Source: Nannocystales bacterium
GTDB taxonomy: Bacteria > Myxococcota_A > Polyangia > Nannocystales > Nannocystaceae
Direction: 5' to 3'
Assembly: GCA_050633305.1 (NCBI GenBank)
Contig: JBOEGF010000012.1
Location: forward strand, 98,385-162,384
DNA length: 64,000 nt
Every line of letters starts with the position of its first letter. Position 1 is the first letter of the stretch. Position numbers and translations under genes: made by a program. Shown one piece after another: positions 10,731-20,152 of this stretch. The notes under the pieces were generated by a model. That model saw nothing but the letters and a program-made list of their open reading frames with translations. It had not been told where the DNA came from and ran no database searches.

Positions 10731-11861
10731 TCAGGGGGCGGCGGTGGGATCGACGATGCAGGTTCGTTGAGCCAGGGCGCAGGCGAGGCCAACGCAAGAG
10801 CAGGACACCTCTCGGACCGTGCCGGCGTCGTTCCAGAATGCCGTGCGCGTCCAGAACCCATCGTGTTGGTCGAGCTCGTAGCCATACATCGGCACCGCGC
10901 CGTGGGGGTCGGCGTGCGTCTCGACGCTGCGCAGCGTGCCTCCGCTCCTCAGCGAATCGACCTCCGCCTTGCGCCGGTTCTCCGCCAGCGTCTTTGCGTC
11001 GCATGCGGGGGGCTGCGCGCACCATGTCGCCTCGGTCAGGACGACACCGCTGCCTTCCGGCGCATTGAGCCCCTGGACCCGCACATCCGAGCGCCGCGGA
11101 GCATCCTGCGAGCCGGAGGTTTCGAGCTGCGTCCGCAGTGTCGCAGGGAGCGGGGAGAGGTGGGCAGGCGCCTGCATCCGGCCCGCGCCCGAGGTGGTCT
11201 TCAAGGTGGTTGCCGCGGTCTGCGTTCCGAGCACCACGCCGGCGGCGAGAGTGTCCGGTGGGGGCTGCGGAAGCGTGCACGCTGCGGGTTCGGTGCAGCC
11301 ACGCCCCGCGCACTGGCAACTCGCCTCGATGAGGTGGCCCTCGGAGGACAGCCAATGCCGAGCCCGTACCCGCAGTGAGCCGCCGTTGGGCAGGGGGAGC
11401 TCGTAGCGGCTGAGGACAGCCGTCTCGGCGCTGGGGTCCTCCTCGAGGTTGGGGGGCTTGGCGTCGGGGTCGAGGGCGGTCAGGCTGGCTTCGACGGCAC
11501 GCAGGTTGTGCCGAACCCAGGTTCGAAGCGTGTGTCCCTGCACCGGTTCGGTTACCGCATGGCGGACTGTGGTCGCGACCAGGAGTCCGCTCGACGCACC
11601 TTCGGGGGCGACCCACGCATCGAACTCCGCCCCGGTCGCGGTGCCCCGGACGGTCGCTGCCCGGAGCCGCTCGATGCCGGAGGCTTCCATCGCGACGAAG
11701 CCCGGCGGAGGGGTGACTCCGGTCGTGGTGGCCGGGGGAGGCGTGGGTGCGGGGACGGCGGATGCCGAGGCCGAGGGTGTGTCCTGAGTCGGCGGGGAGT
11801 CTCCGCCGCAGGCGAGCAGCCCGCAGACCCAGAGCACCAAGAGACGTTGCGAGGGCGGCAC
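10731..11861 (-). CDS. Hypothetical lipoprotein with two internal Cys-rich repeats
   Basis: Lipobox LLAC, Pro/Thr linker, two SCxCxGxxC...C motifs. Confidence 0.7.
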   Translation of the reverse strand: MPPSQRLLVLWVCGLLACGGDSPPTQDTPSASASAVPAPTPPPATTTGVTPPPGFVAMEASGIERLRAATVRGTATGAEFDAWVAPEGASSGLLVATTVRHAVTEPVQGHTLRTWVRHNLRAVEASLTALDPDAKPPNLEEDPSAETAVLSRYELPLPNGGSLRVRARHWLSSEGHLIEASCQCAGRGCTEPAACTLPQPPPDTLAAGVVLGTQTAATTLKTTSGAGRMQAPAHLSPLPATLRTQLETSGSQDAPRRSDVRVQGLNAPEGSGVVLTEATWCAQPPACDAKTLAENRRKAEVDSLRSGGTLRSVETHADPHGAVPMYGYELDQHDGFWTRTAFWNDAGTVREVSCSCVGLACALAQRTCIVDPTAAP

Positions 11862-11883
11862 CGCCTCGCATCATACGACGCCC

Positions 11884-12894
11884 TCACCCCGTCTTCTCCC
11901 GTAGCCAGTTGCCCAACGTGCTGCGGGGAAGCTTGAGAACCTCGGCGGCCCGGCGTTGGCTGCCTTCGCGTCGAACCACGGATTCCAGGAGGGCACGGCG
12001 CATGCTGGTGTAGTCCCCGCTGGGAATGGTGAGCGTGGCCCCTTGCACCCCGGTCGGCGTGGGGAAGAGGTCATCGGCGGTGATCGGCTGCCCGCGAGCT
12101 ACGAAGGCGGCTCGGTGCACGGCGTTTCTCAGTTCGCGAACGTTGCCCGTCCACGCAGCACAACGCGCGGCTTGGCGGGCGTCGGGCGAGAAGCGGATCG
12201 GGTGTCCAACGTCGGAGGCGTGGGTTTGGGCGAAGTGGTCGAGCAACACGTCGATGTCGGAGGGTCGGTCTCGCAGTGCCGGCATCTCGACCGTGAGGAC
12301 ACTGAGCCTGTGGAACAGGTCGGCGCGGAAGGTGCCGCGAGCCACCATCACGCGCAGGTTGCGATGCGTGGCACACACGACCCGGGCATCGACGGTGGTC
12401 TCGGTTTCGGCCCCGACCGGGCAGACTCGTCCGGTCTCGAGGACCCGCAGTAGGAGGGCCTGGCTGGGGAGCGGAAGCTCGCCGATCTCGTCGAGGAACA
12501 CCGTGCCGCGGTGGGCTCGTGTGAAGGCGCCTCGGTGCTGGCCCACTGCGCCCGTGAACGCGCCTCGAGCGTGTCCGAACAGCTGGCTCGCGGCGAGTGC
12601 CTCGGACAACGCACCGCAGTTGAACGCGATCAGCGGGCCAGCGCGGCCGCTACGGTTGTGTAACTCGGCCGCCGCAAGTTCCTTGCCTGTCCCCGATTCG
12701 CCCTGAATGAGGACGGGTGCCCGGCTGCGGGCGAAGTGACGCAGTTGTGCGGTGGCCTCGGAGAGCAGGGCCGAGCGTCCGATCCAGCGCGGGCTGGGAC
12801 CGCAGCCAGGGGCAGGGCCGGGCGCGGGGACGCTCGCATCATGGGCACGTACGGGGCGAGCGGACGGGGGCAGCGGGGCGACGGACGTGGGCAC
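11884..12894 (-). CDS. Sigma-54-dependent enhancer-binding protein without N-terminal sensor domain
   Basis: GESGTGKE, GAFTGA, FLDEIG, FRADLFHRL, WTGNVREL and C-terminal HTH; start uncertain. Confidence 0.9.
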   Translation of the reverse strand: MPTSVAPLPPSARPVRAHDASVPAPGPAPGCGPSPRWIGRSALLSEATAQLRHFARSRAPVLIQGESGTGKELAAAELHNRSGRAGPLIAFNCGALSEALAASQLFGHARGAFTGAVGQHRGAFTRAHRGTVFLDEIGELPLPSQALLLRVLETGRVCPVGAETETTVDARVVCATHRNLRVMVARGTFRADLFHRLSVLTVEMPALRDRPSDIDVLLDHFAQTHASDVGHPIRFSPDARQAARCAAWTGNVRELRNAVHRAAFVARGQPITADDLFPTPTGVQGATLTIPSGDYTSMRRALLESVVRREGSQRRAAEVLKLPRSTLGNWLREKTG

Positions 12895-12975
12895 GCAAGA
12901 CCGGTCGGCCGCGCCGTGTCCGGTGTTGCAGGAAAAGATCCGACATGCACCGTGCGGGCAGGGGTCCCCTGTCCC

Positions 12976-13647
12976 TCAGGGTCCTTGGCCGATCCACGAG
13001 GCCCCAGACTCCGCGACTTCCTTCTTCCAGATCGGCACGTCGTCCTTGAGCTGCTCGATGGCCGCTCGACATGCTTCAAAGGCCTCGGCGCGGTGTGGGG
13101 CGCTGGCCGCGATGACAACGGCGGTTTCGGAGATGCCCAGCACTCCGATTCGGTGGTGAATGGCCACCTTGGCGCCTTCGATCTCGGCCTCGATGCCGTC
13201 CGCGATTTTCGTCATGACCGCGGTGGCCATCGGGGCGTAGGCCTCATACTCGAGTCGTTCGATCGTCTCGCCGCGGGAGTGACGTCGCACGTTCCCCGTG
13301 AACGTGGCAATGCCGCCCGCCCCTGGGTGCTCGACCGATGCGATGACGTGCTGGAGGTTGAGGGGGGACTCGGTCAGAAGGATCCGTGGCGGTCCGTCGT
13401 GTCCCCCGCTGACCGGTGGGATCAGCGCGACCTCACTGTTGGCGTCGAGCGGCTCGTCGGGATTTGCGAACGCCTGGTCGATCGCGACCCGGCACCCCGT
13501 CACGCGGCCGCGCAGTTTTGGGATCTGCTGCTCCACTGCCAGCAACAGCCCCCGCGCGGTGCAGGGCTCGGAGATCTCGACCTGGATGATTTCCGAGCGC
13601 GCTGCCTCTCGGAGTCCGGCGAAGAGGAGAACCTTCAGGGTCGGCAT
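12976..13647 (-). CDS. Fused molybdopterin synthase MoaD-MoaE (MoaX-like)
   Basis: N-terminal LFAGLRE...EVALIPPVSGG (MoaD), then FTGNVR, LEYEAY, HRIG, SAPHR, PIWKKE (MoaE). Confidence 0.93.
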   Translation of the reverse strand: MPTLKVLLFAGLREAARSEIIQVEISEPCTARGLLLAVEQQIPKLRGRVTGCRVAIDQAFANPDEPLDANSEVALIPPVSGGHDGPPRILLTESPLNLQHVIASVEHPGAGGIATFTGNVRRHSRGETIERLEYEAYAPMATAVMTKIADGIEAEIEGAKVAIHHRIGVLGISETAVVIAASAPHRAEAFEACRAAIEQLKDDVPIWKKEVAESGASWIGQGP

Positions 13648-13963
13648 ACGAGGGGCCTGCGTCGGGTGCGTGGGAGATCAGGGGACACAAACACAGCACT
13701 GAAGAGACTCGCACAGCGCCACAATCGAAAGAACCTCGCCACTTTTCGCGGATCGTGAGGCGCCGCGCGAATGCAGTCCACAATTTCGAGCCGTCCGGGG
13801 GGCGGATCTAAGCTTGGCGCACGCAACGGCGATGGCCGCCCGCAACGTCCTCTGCCGACGGGACCACGGGCGCCGCATTCACCTCGCCTTCGCGATCTCG
13901 TACGCCATGATTCAAACTGCGCAAGGCCCCGCTACGGCCGCCCGCCGTGATTGCCGCTCGCCG

Positions 13964-14839
13964 ATGAGCTCCTCCAAGCCCCGATCCCCGCGCTCCCGCG
14001 CTCGCGCCGCAAAACAGGTGCGGGGAGACGCGACACGGCCGGAGCCGGCCGACGAGGACCTCGTCCCCGACCCTGAGCTCGGTGCCGAGGACTTCCTCGA
14101 CTTCGATCCGCCCGCCGAGGCGCCGGAGAGTGGTTGGTCGATGCTGTCCTCCGCCGACCAAGAGGAGCGCCGAGCCGCGCTTCAGTCTCGTCTGGGCGCG
14201 TACCTGCGAGCGGGGTCGGCACGGGTTGTCCTGACCGACAACCTCTATTCGATGGTCACGATCAAACGCGGTGACGGCGTGTCCACGTTTCGCGTCCATC
14301 ACATGTTCTCCGATGCGCCCGCCAAGGTGATTCGAGCGCTCGCAAAGTACGCCGACACCCAGTCCCGCGAGGCTGCGACGTTGCTGCGGGACTTCATCGA
14401 TGCTCACGACGACCAGGTCCGTGAGCGAGACGCCCCGCGCCCGATCACCGTTGACGTCGAAGGGCGGCACCACAACCTCCAGGAGCTCTTCGATCGAATC
14501 AACGCCGCCTACTTCGAAGGCGCGATCGAGGCCCGGATCACCTGGGGTCCTCGGACGAAACGGAAGAAGTCACGGGACTCGATCAAGCTGGGCAGCTACA
14601 CGGTTGAGGACGCGCTGATCCGCATCCATCCAGTGCTCGATGCGGCAGATGTGCCGGCCTTCTTCCTCGAGTGGATCGTCTATCACGAGATGTTGCACGA
14701 GGTGCACGACATGCCGGTCGTCGACGGCCGACGCGTCTACCACACGGCGGAGTTTCGCCGAGCCGAGGCGCAGTTCGAGCGCTACGCTGAGGCGGTGATG
14801 TGGGAACGCACGCACTTGTTCAAGCTCCTCGAACGGTGA
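13964..14839 (+). CDS. SprT/M48-like zinc metallopeptidase domain protein
   Basis: HEMLH zinc motif followed by H-x-x-x-F; start uncertain (13814-14141). Confidence 0.75.
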   Translation: MSSSKPRSPRSRARAAKQVRGDATRPEPADEDLVPDPELGAEDFLDFDPPAEAPESGWSMLSSADQEERRAALQSRLGAYLRAGSARVVLTDNLYSMVTIKRGDGVSTFRVHHMFSDAPAKVIRALAKYADTQSREAATLLRDFIDAHDDQVRERDAPRPITVDVEGRHHNLQELFDRINAAYFEGAIEARITWGPRTKRKKSRDSIKLGSYTVEDALIRIHPVLDAADVPAFFLEWIVYHEMLHEVHDMPVVDGRRVYHTAEFRRAEAQFERYAEAVMWERTHLFKLLER

Positions 14840-15026
14840 TGTGAACGAGCCCGCGCAGGGGCTCGCGCTCGTGGACGGGAGCCCCCCCGCTCCCGTTGCG
14901 CCGCGCAACCGTCTTCACACCGGAGGTCAGCGGGCGGCGAAAAGTTGCGCCTCTGTGACATCTCGTCTTTGACCACGAGCGTGGTCGTTGCTAGGCCGGA
15001 GTCTCGAGTCACTCGGGAATTTGGCA

Positions 15027-16004
15027 GTGCAGCGCTTCAAAATCATCGGTACTGGCAGCTTTCTTCCCGACAACGTCGTGACGAACGACGAACTCGCGAA
15101 GACGGTCGATACTTCGGACGAGTGGATCCGCGAGCGGACCGGCATCGGTGCCCGCCGCTACGCGCTCGAGGGGGCTACCTCTGATCTCGCGGCGGAAGCG
15201 GTTCGCCGCGCGTGCGACGACGCGGGGATCGCAGCGGGCGAACTCGACGCTTTGATCGTCGGCACGTGCACGCCGGACACGCTCTTCCCGTCGACGGCGT
15301 GTTGGGCTCAAGGCAAGCTCGGCATCCAGGGCATGCCTGCGTTTGACGTCATGGCCGCGTGCACCAGCTGGATGTACGGGATCAAGGTTGCCGCCGACAT
15401 GATCGCGGGCAACCCGTCGCTCAAGATTGCGGTCTGTGGCGCGGAGACGTTCAGCCGGATCCTCGACTTCGAGGATCGCCGGACCTGCGTGTTGTTTGGG
15501 GATGGCGCGGGAGCGACCATTCTGACGGGAACGCAGGAGGACAAGGGCCTCCTGGCGTCCAACTGGGGATCGGACGGCAATCTCGCCTCGATCCTTGGGG
15601 TCCCCGGGGGAGGCTCGGCCAAGCCGTCAACACACGCGACGGTCGATGCACGAGAGCACTTCGTCTACATGGAAGGCGGCAAGGTCTTCAAGCACGCCGT
15701 CACCGCGATGAGCTCGGGGGTGCTCGAGGCGCTGGCCGAGGCGAACCTCACCGCGCAGGATGTGGACCTACTGCTTCCGCATCAAGCGAACAAGCGCATC
15801 ATGAATGCGTGCCTGGACCGGACGCAGATCGATGAGGCTCGTGTGTTCTCGGTCATCGAGAAGTACGGCAACATCTCCGCGGCCTCCATTCCCGTCGCGC
15901 TCGACGAAGCGCGAAAGGCCGGTGCGCTGCTCGAGGGCCACAAGCTGGCCGTGACCGCGTTCGGTGGCGGTCTGACCTGGGGCTCGGGCGTCATCCAGCT
16001 GTAG
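15027..16004 (+). CDS. fabH: 3-oxoacyl-ACP synthase III
   Basis: DTSDEWIRERTGI, AAC, LFGDGAGA, HQAN, GNISAAS catalytic C/H/N. Confidence 0.95.
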   Translation: MQRFKIIGTGSFLPDNVVTNDELAKTVDTSDEWIRERTGIGARRYALEGATSDLAAEAVRRACDDAGIAAGELDALIVGTCTPDTLFPSTACWAQGKLGIQGMPAFDVMAACTSWMYGIKVAADMIAGNPSLKIAVCGAETFSRILDFEDRRTCVLFGDGAGATILTGTQEDKGLLASNWGSDGNLASILGVPGGGSAKPSTHATVDAREHFVYMEGGKVFKHAVTAMSSGVLEALAEANLTAQDVDLLLPHQANKRIMNACLDRTQIDEARVFSVIEKYGNISAASIPVALDEARKAGALLEGHKLAVTAFGGGLTWGSGVIQL

Positions 16005-16082
16005 GCGAGCCAGGGTGGCTGGCGAGGCCGAACTCCACCTCGACCCCGCGATCGCGACCGATGGCTTGGTAGGCTCCGGGTC

Positions 16083-16613
16083 GTGACGCGACCTGCTTGC
16101 TGCCTAGGCCTCCTCGTTTTCCTTGCTGCCTCTGGCTGCGCGACCGAGGAGCCCGAGGATGCGACGTCTACGGTTGCGTCCTCCATCGGGATGAGCGGCG
16201 AGTCCAACGGGACCTCGGGCGATCCCGGTTCCACGGGCGAGGCGTCGTCGGGCTCGGACACGGAGCCCGTCGGATCGTCGGGCCAGCTCGTCGTCGACTA
16301 TGAAACCGACGTGCAGCCGCTGTGGAACGGGAGCTGTACCTGTCACCTCATGGGCGGGAGTGGAACGATGACGGCGACGGTGTTGACCCTCAACCCGGGG
16401 ATGTCGATCGGACAACTGGTGGGCGTGCCGTCTGAACAGTCGGAGCTGAACCGGATCGAGGCTGGCTCCACCGAGGACAGCTACCTGTGGCTGAAGCTGA
16501 CGGGAGCTCATGCAGGCGTGGGCGAAGGAGACCCGATGCCCCCGACCGGCACGCTCAGTGACGACCAGCTGGCGGTCGTCGAGGCGTGGATCCTCGCGGG
16601 CGCGGAGCCGTAG
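16083..16613 (+). CDS. Lipoprotein with planctomycete-type cytochrome c-like domain (CxCH)
   Basis: Lipobox ASGC; VQPLW...CTCH...SYLWLKL...MPP...WILAGA pattern. Confidence 0.7.
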   Translation: MTRPACCLGLLVFLAASGCATEEPEDATSTVASSIGMSGESNGTSGDPGSTGEASSGSDTEPVGSSGQLVVDYETDVQPLWNGSCTCHLMGGSGTMTATVLTLNPGMSIGQLVGVPSEQSELNRIEAGSTEDSYLWLKLTGAHAGVGEGDPMPPTGTLSDDQLAVVEAWILAGAEP

Positions 16614-16627
16614 CGACCGCGAGCACC

Positions 16628-17851
16628 TCAGTGGGGGTGGCTGGCGGCGTACGCCAACGTGGTCCATTGACTGCCCTCGGAGGACAGGCGTAGCGCGTGG
16701 CCGATCGGGAGCCAACCGAGGACACAGGGGGACTGTGCGTGTAGCGTGCCCAGCGTTAGCGATTGTTGTTCGTCCTCTCGGAGTGTCACGATTGCGACCT
16801 GTTCGACCCCGAGCGCTTGAGCCTTGACGAGCGCTGGCTGGTAGACGTGCGGAGGCGCCCGCCGGTCGACAGCCGCCACGAGGACAGGCGTGCGGTCGTC
16901 TTCGCTGTGGGCCTCCCAGGTGGAGACTGGTGCGGCCGCGGACTGCGTCGGACCCAACTCCAGCGGCAGGACGCGCTGCCGCGAGGGGTTGAAGGGGACC
17001 TCCGAGCAGTGGGAAGCGATGGGAAGCTGCAGTGACAGATCGCGAACCGCGGGGAGGGCCCGCTCGGGAGTCGGGCGTCTCCACGCACTCTCACCGCGTT
17101 CGAGCGATGCCATCGGGCCACGGGCCAGGTCTTCGCTTGCGAAGCGACTGGTCGACCACGCCGCCAGCCCGACCAACAGTAGGGCCTGCGAGAGCTGGTG
17201 GGTTCGAGAGCTGACGACGTTGCCCTTGGACGCGGCGTGCATCACGACGGGCGTTGCCGCCATGAGTCCCACGGCGGCAACGCCCGCCACAGCCCACTTC
17301 GACGCTTCGAGAATGTGCCATGCCTCCCACATCGCTTCGGAGGGGTCGTGGCCGATCATCGTGTCGGCCATCCACAGGATGCCGCCGCACGCTGCAAGGA
17401 CGGGGAGGCTCAAGGCCACCGTGCCAACAACCGAGGCGACAACTGCGGTCGTCTCTCGGGAGGGGTCAAACCGCCAGGCCGCGATCCAGGAGACCGGGAC
17501 GAGCGTCGCGACACACAGCGATGCCCAGCGCTGCAGGGAGGCGGTGGCGTCCATCGCTGCCGAAGGATCGAAGCCGACCAGGCTGACGCGACGCCAACCG
17601 TCCTCGGTCGGCGCAAAGGCAGCGCCCAGGACGGTGTGGGTGACGCCCCACTGGCCAACCGCTGCGAGGGCGACGACGGCCGCCGCCGTGACGAGTGCGA
17701 CCAGAGGATGGCCCAGCGCCCGGGCCCAGCCGCTTCGGCCTGAGGCGGTGTAGAACAGACCCGCGCCGCAGGAGATGACGGCCGCGGCTGTGAGCGCCGC
17801 ACACGTCACTCTGAGTGTGGCCAGCAAGAGCGTGAAGTCGGTCGGGTCCAT
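16628..17851 (-). CDS. Hypothetical polytopic membrane protein with possible ExbD/TolR-like C-terminal domain
   Basis: About 6 hydrophobic helices; C-terminal LQLP...VAAVDRRAP...AQALGVEQVAIVT; GGAG SD upstream. Confidence 0.65.
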   Translation of the reverse strand: MDPTDFTLLLATLRVTCAALTAAAVISCGAGLFYTASGRSGWARALGHPLVALVTAAAVVALAAVGQWGVTHTVLGAAFAPTEDGWRRVSLVGFDPSAAMDATASLQRWASLCVATLVPVSWIAAWRFDPSRETTAVVASVVGTVALSLPVLAACGGILWMADTMIGHDPSEAMWEAWHILEASKWAVAGVAAVGLMAATPVVMHAASKGNVVSSRTHQLSQALLLVGLAAWSTSRFASEDLARGPMASLERGESAWRRPTPERALPAVRDLSLQLPIASHCSEVPFNPSRQRVLPLELGPTQSAAAPVSTWEAHSEDDRTPVLVAAVDRRAPPHVYQPALVKAQALGVEQVAIVTLREDEQQSLTLGTLHAQSPCVLGWLPIGHALRLSSEGSQWTTLAYAASHPH

Positions 17852-17854
17852 CGA

Positions 17855-17968
17855 TCAGCGCTCCACCAGGTAGGGCAGGAAAAGATCGAAACCGGTCCAC
17901 TCCAACGCCGCGGTTGCCGCCAGCGCGAGTCCACATCCGGCGAACCACAGGGCCTTGAGGTTTCGCAT
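17855..17968 (-). CDS. Small (37 aa) hydrophobic protein, not in ORF track
   Basis: MRNLKALWFAGCGLALAATAALEWTGFDLFLPYLVER*, GC-rich third positions, ends 3 nt before next ATG. Confidence 0.55.
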   Translation of the reverse strand: MRNLKALWFAGCGLALAATAALEWTGFDLFLPYLVER

Positions 17969-18083
17969 CGCACCAGTACGGACACGGGCGCGAGCAGCTT
18001 TGTTCGCCGCTCGGATTCGTGCTCCGGCTCACGGTTGCTCGCCGCGGTGGACAATCGGAACGCCGCTGGTAATGTTCGCCGTC

Positions 18084-18533
18084 ATGCCCGCCCAGTACAT
18101 TGTTCGCGCGACCACCGAGTTCTCGGCGGCCCACGTGCTGTACGGCTACGCTGGCGCCTGCAACCGAGTGCATGGGCACAACTTCAAGGTGGAGCTCGAG
18201 GTCGAGGCGCGCGCGGTTGACGACATCGGGATGGCGATCGACTTCACAATGCTCGAATCGATCGCTGCGTCCATCGCGCAGGAGCTGGATCACCGGCTTC
18301 TCAATGAGATCCCTCCGTTCAACGAGGTCAACCCAACCGCGGAGAACCTCGGCGCCTACTTCTGGACGCGCGCGTCCCGAGCCCTCGCGGACAAGATCGG
18401 GACGGGGGCTACTCCGGACGTGGAGGCCGCGCAGACGGTCGAGGCGGCCCGTGGCGTCCGGCTCCGGGCCGTGACGGTTCGCGAGAACGACCGCACGTCC
18501 GTCACCTATTCAGAGCTGCCCGACGGTGCTTGA
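18084..18533 (+). CDS. queD: 6-carboxytetrahydropterin synthase
   Basis: [28 protein letters not shown] motifs; alternative start 18072. Confidence 0.92.
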   Translation: MPAQYIVRATTEFSAAHVLYGYAGACNRVHGHNFKVELEVEARAVDDIGMAIDFTMLESIAASIAQELDHRLLNEIPPFNEVNPTAENLGAYFWTRASRALADKIGTGATPDVEAAQTVEAARGVRLRAVTVRENDRTSVTYSELPDGA

Positions 18534-18580
18534 CATGCGGGTGGCGTTGGTCCAACTTCGCCGCCCCTGGAGCGACAGCT

Positions 18581-18817
18581 ATGGCGAAAATTTGCATGGT
18601 GACCGGTAAGAAGCCCCTCACGGGGATGAATGTTTCGCACTCGCACATCCGCACCAAGCGGCGGTTGCTGCCGAACCTGCATTCGAAGCGTTACTGGGTC
18701 CCCGACGAAAACCGCTTCGTGCGTCTCCGCCTCTCGGCTGCCGGCATGCGTCTCATCGACAAGCTCGGCATCGACGTCGTCCTCAAGGACGTCCGAAACC
18801 GCGGATACAAAGTCTGA
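18581..18817 (+). CDS. rpmB: 50S ribosomal protein L28 (long, single-Cys form)
   Basis: [33 protein letters not shown]...; GGAG SD upstream. Confidence 0.97.
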   Translation: MAKICMVTGKKPLTGMNVSHSHIRTKRRLLPNLHSKRYWVPDENRFVRLRLSAAGMRLIDKLGIDVVLKDVRNRGYKV

Positions 18818-18879
18818 TCCGGCCCGGATTCGGATGAATCGGGTCTTTGACCTGCTCTCCGAACTCGCCATCTCGTCCT

Positions 18880-18911
18880 GAGGGCACTTCGCACCGCGAG
18901 GTGCCCTCTTT
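18880..18911 (+). terminator. Intrinsic terminator-like hairpin after rpmB
   Basis: GAGGGCACTTCGC-ACC-GCGAGGTGCCCTC followed by TTT; a second hairpin+TTT lies at ~18821-18848. Confidence 0.6.
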
Positions 18912-18959
18912 GCGTTGGTTCAAAGCGCGTCGACTCGACTTCGACGGGGTTCGGGGGAG

Positions 18960-20108
18960 CTACTTCGGTGCTTCGTAGACCAGCGCACCGAAAAAGTCGT
19001 CGAACCAGGCCGAACAGTTGTCGTTTCCCGGGAGCGCGTCGTTGCGGTCGCAGCTGAGCCGCAAGCGAATCCGGCGCGTGGTCGCGGGAATGGCGACGTC
19101 GAAGGCAGTGGACTCCCAGCCGTCGTGGGTCATCCCGCCGCGGCTTGCCCCATCGAGCGCGGTGCCAGTGTCGTCGAGGAAGGTGAACGAGATCCCGTGG
19201 GGGTCGTCGTTCCAGAAATCGTCGTCCGCCCGAGTCCATCCGCTGAAGACGAACCGCAGGCCGAGCTTGTCGATCGACGAAGACCATGGATTCAGCACGA
19301 GGTCCTGGGTGATCTCAGGGTTCTCGGAGCCGCCACCGAAGAACGAGTGTGAACCGACGCCGTGGTTGTGCTGAGTCGTGGTGTGGAACGAAGAGTCCTC
19401 AGCGTCCCAGCCCGTGAGGATTGCTCCCACTGGATCGGACTCCGCGTCGGGGTTTTCGATCAGGTTCAGGCCCTGCCCGGTGGCGATGAGCTCGACCGGA
19501 GCTGAAGCGTTCCCGCTGCCAACAGCGTCCGTGAAGTGCACGCCGAGGGATCCTGCGGCGAAACCGGGTTGTCCCGGACCGACCACCAAGGTGACGGTGC
19601 AGGTCCCTGCCGGGGGAATGACGCCTTCGCATGTCGCGTCCGTGCCGGGATATGCGTAGCCGGCCCAGTTCAGGGGCGAGGGGGGATCATCCGCGCCCAC
19701 GATGGTGGCGGGGGCTTCCCCCTGGTTGGTGAGCTGGAGCGTGAGGACCGTCGGGCCCGTGAGCGGAAGGGTCCCGAGATCGATGGGGCCTTCCTGGACG
19801 AACAGCAGGTCGGCGCGCGGTGGGTTGCCCTCCGAGGAGTCCGTCGTGGTTGGTGTCTCGTCCCCGGCCTCGGAGGACGTGCCCCCGGTGCTGCCATGAC
19901 CGGTCCCGCCTTGGCTCCCCGCGCTGGTGCCCGTGGAGCTCGTGTTGTCCTTCCCGGCGGTTGCAGGTGCGTCGGCGCTTGAGCTGGAGCCATCGGTCTC
20001 CTCCAGCATCCCGGAGTTGCTCGCGCTACCGGACTCGAAGACGCACGCAGACAGCACGCACAAGCCTACGACTCCGCTCCAACGGCTGCCCCCCACGTGG
20101 CCCAACAT
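18960..20108 (-). CDS. Lipoprotein with Ig-like and carbohydrate-binding-like domains
   Basis: Lipobox LSAC, S/T/G linker, LTNQG...CTVTL Ig-like domain, NLIENPDAE...WFDD jelly-roll-like domain. Confidence 0.7.
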   Translation of the reverse strand: MLGHVGGSRWSGVVGLCVLSACVFESGSASNSGMLEETDGSSSSADAPATAGKDNTSSTGTSAGSQGGTGHGSTGGTSSEAGDETPTTTDSSEGNPPRADLLFVQEGPIDLGTLPLTGPTVLTLQLTNQGEAPATIVGADDPPSPLNWAGYAYPGTDATCEGVIPPAGTCTVTLVVGPGQPGFAAGSLGVHFTDAVGSGNASAPVELIATGQGLNLIENPDAESDPVGAILTGWDAEDSSFHTTTQHNHGVGSHSFFGGGSENPEITQDLVLNPWSSSIDKLGLRFVFSGWTRADDDFWNDDPHGISFTFLDDTGTALDGASRGGMTHDGWESTAFDVAIPATTRRIRLRLSCDRNDALPGNDNCSAWFDDFFGALVYEAPK

Positions 20109-20152
20109 ACCAGATGAACGCAGCGCGGCGCGCGGGGTTGCTGCCGGCGAAG

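Noticed and set aside
13648..13963. Possible Moco riboswitch upstream of moaD-E
   Set aside because: No recognisable conserved core; likely ordinary divergent promoters (an Rfam RF01055 search would settle it)
17849..17857. In-frame TGA between the 37-aa ORF and the downstream membrane protein as a second Sec/readthrough site
   Set aside because: No Cys-motif context, no SECIS-like hairpin, and an SD plus ATG follow immediately
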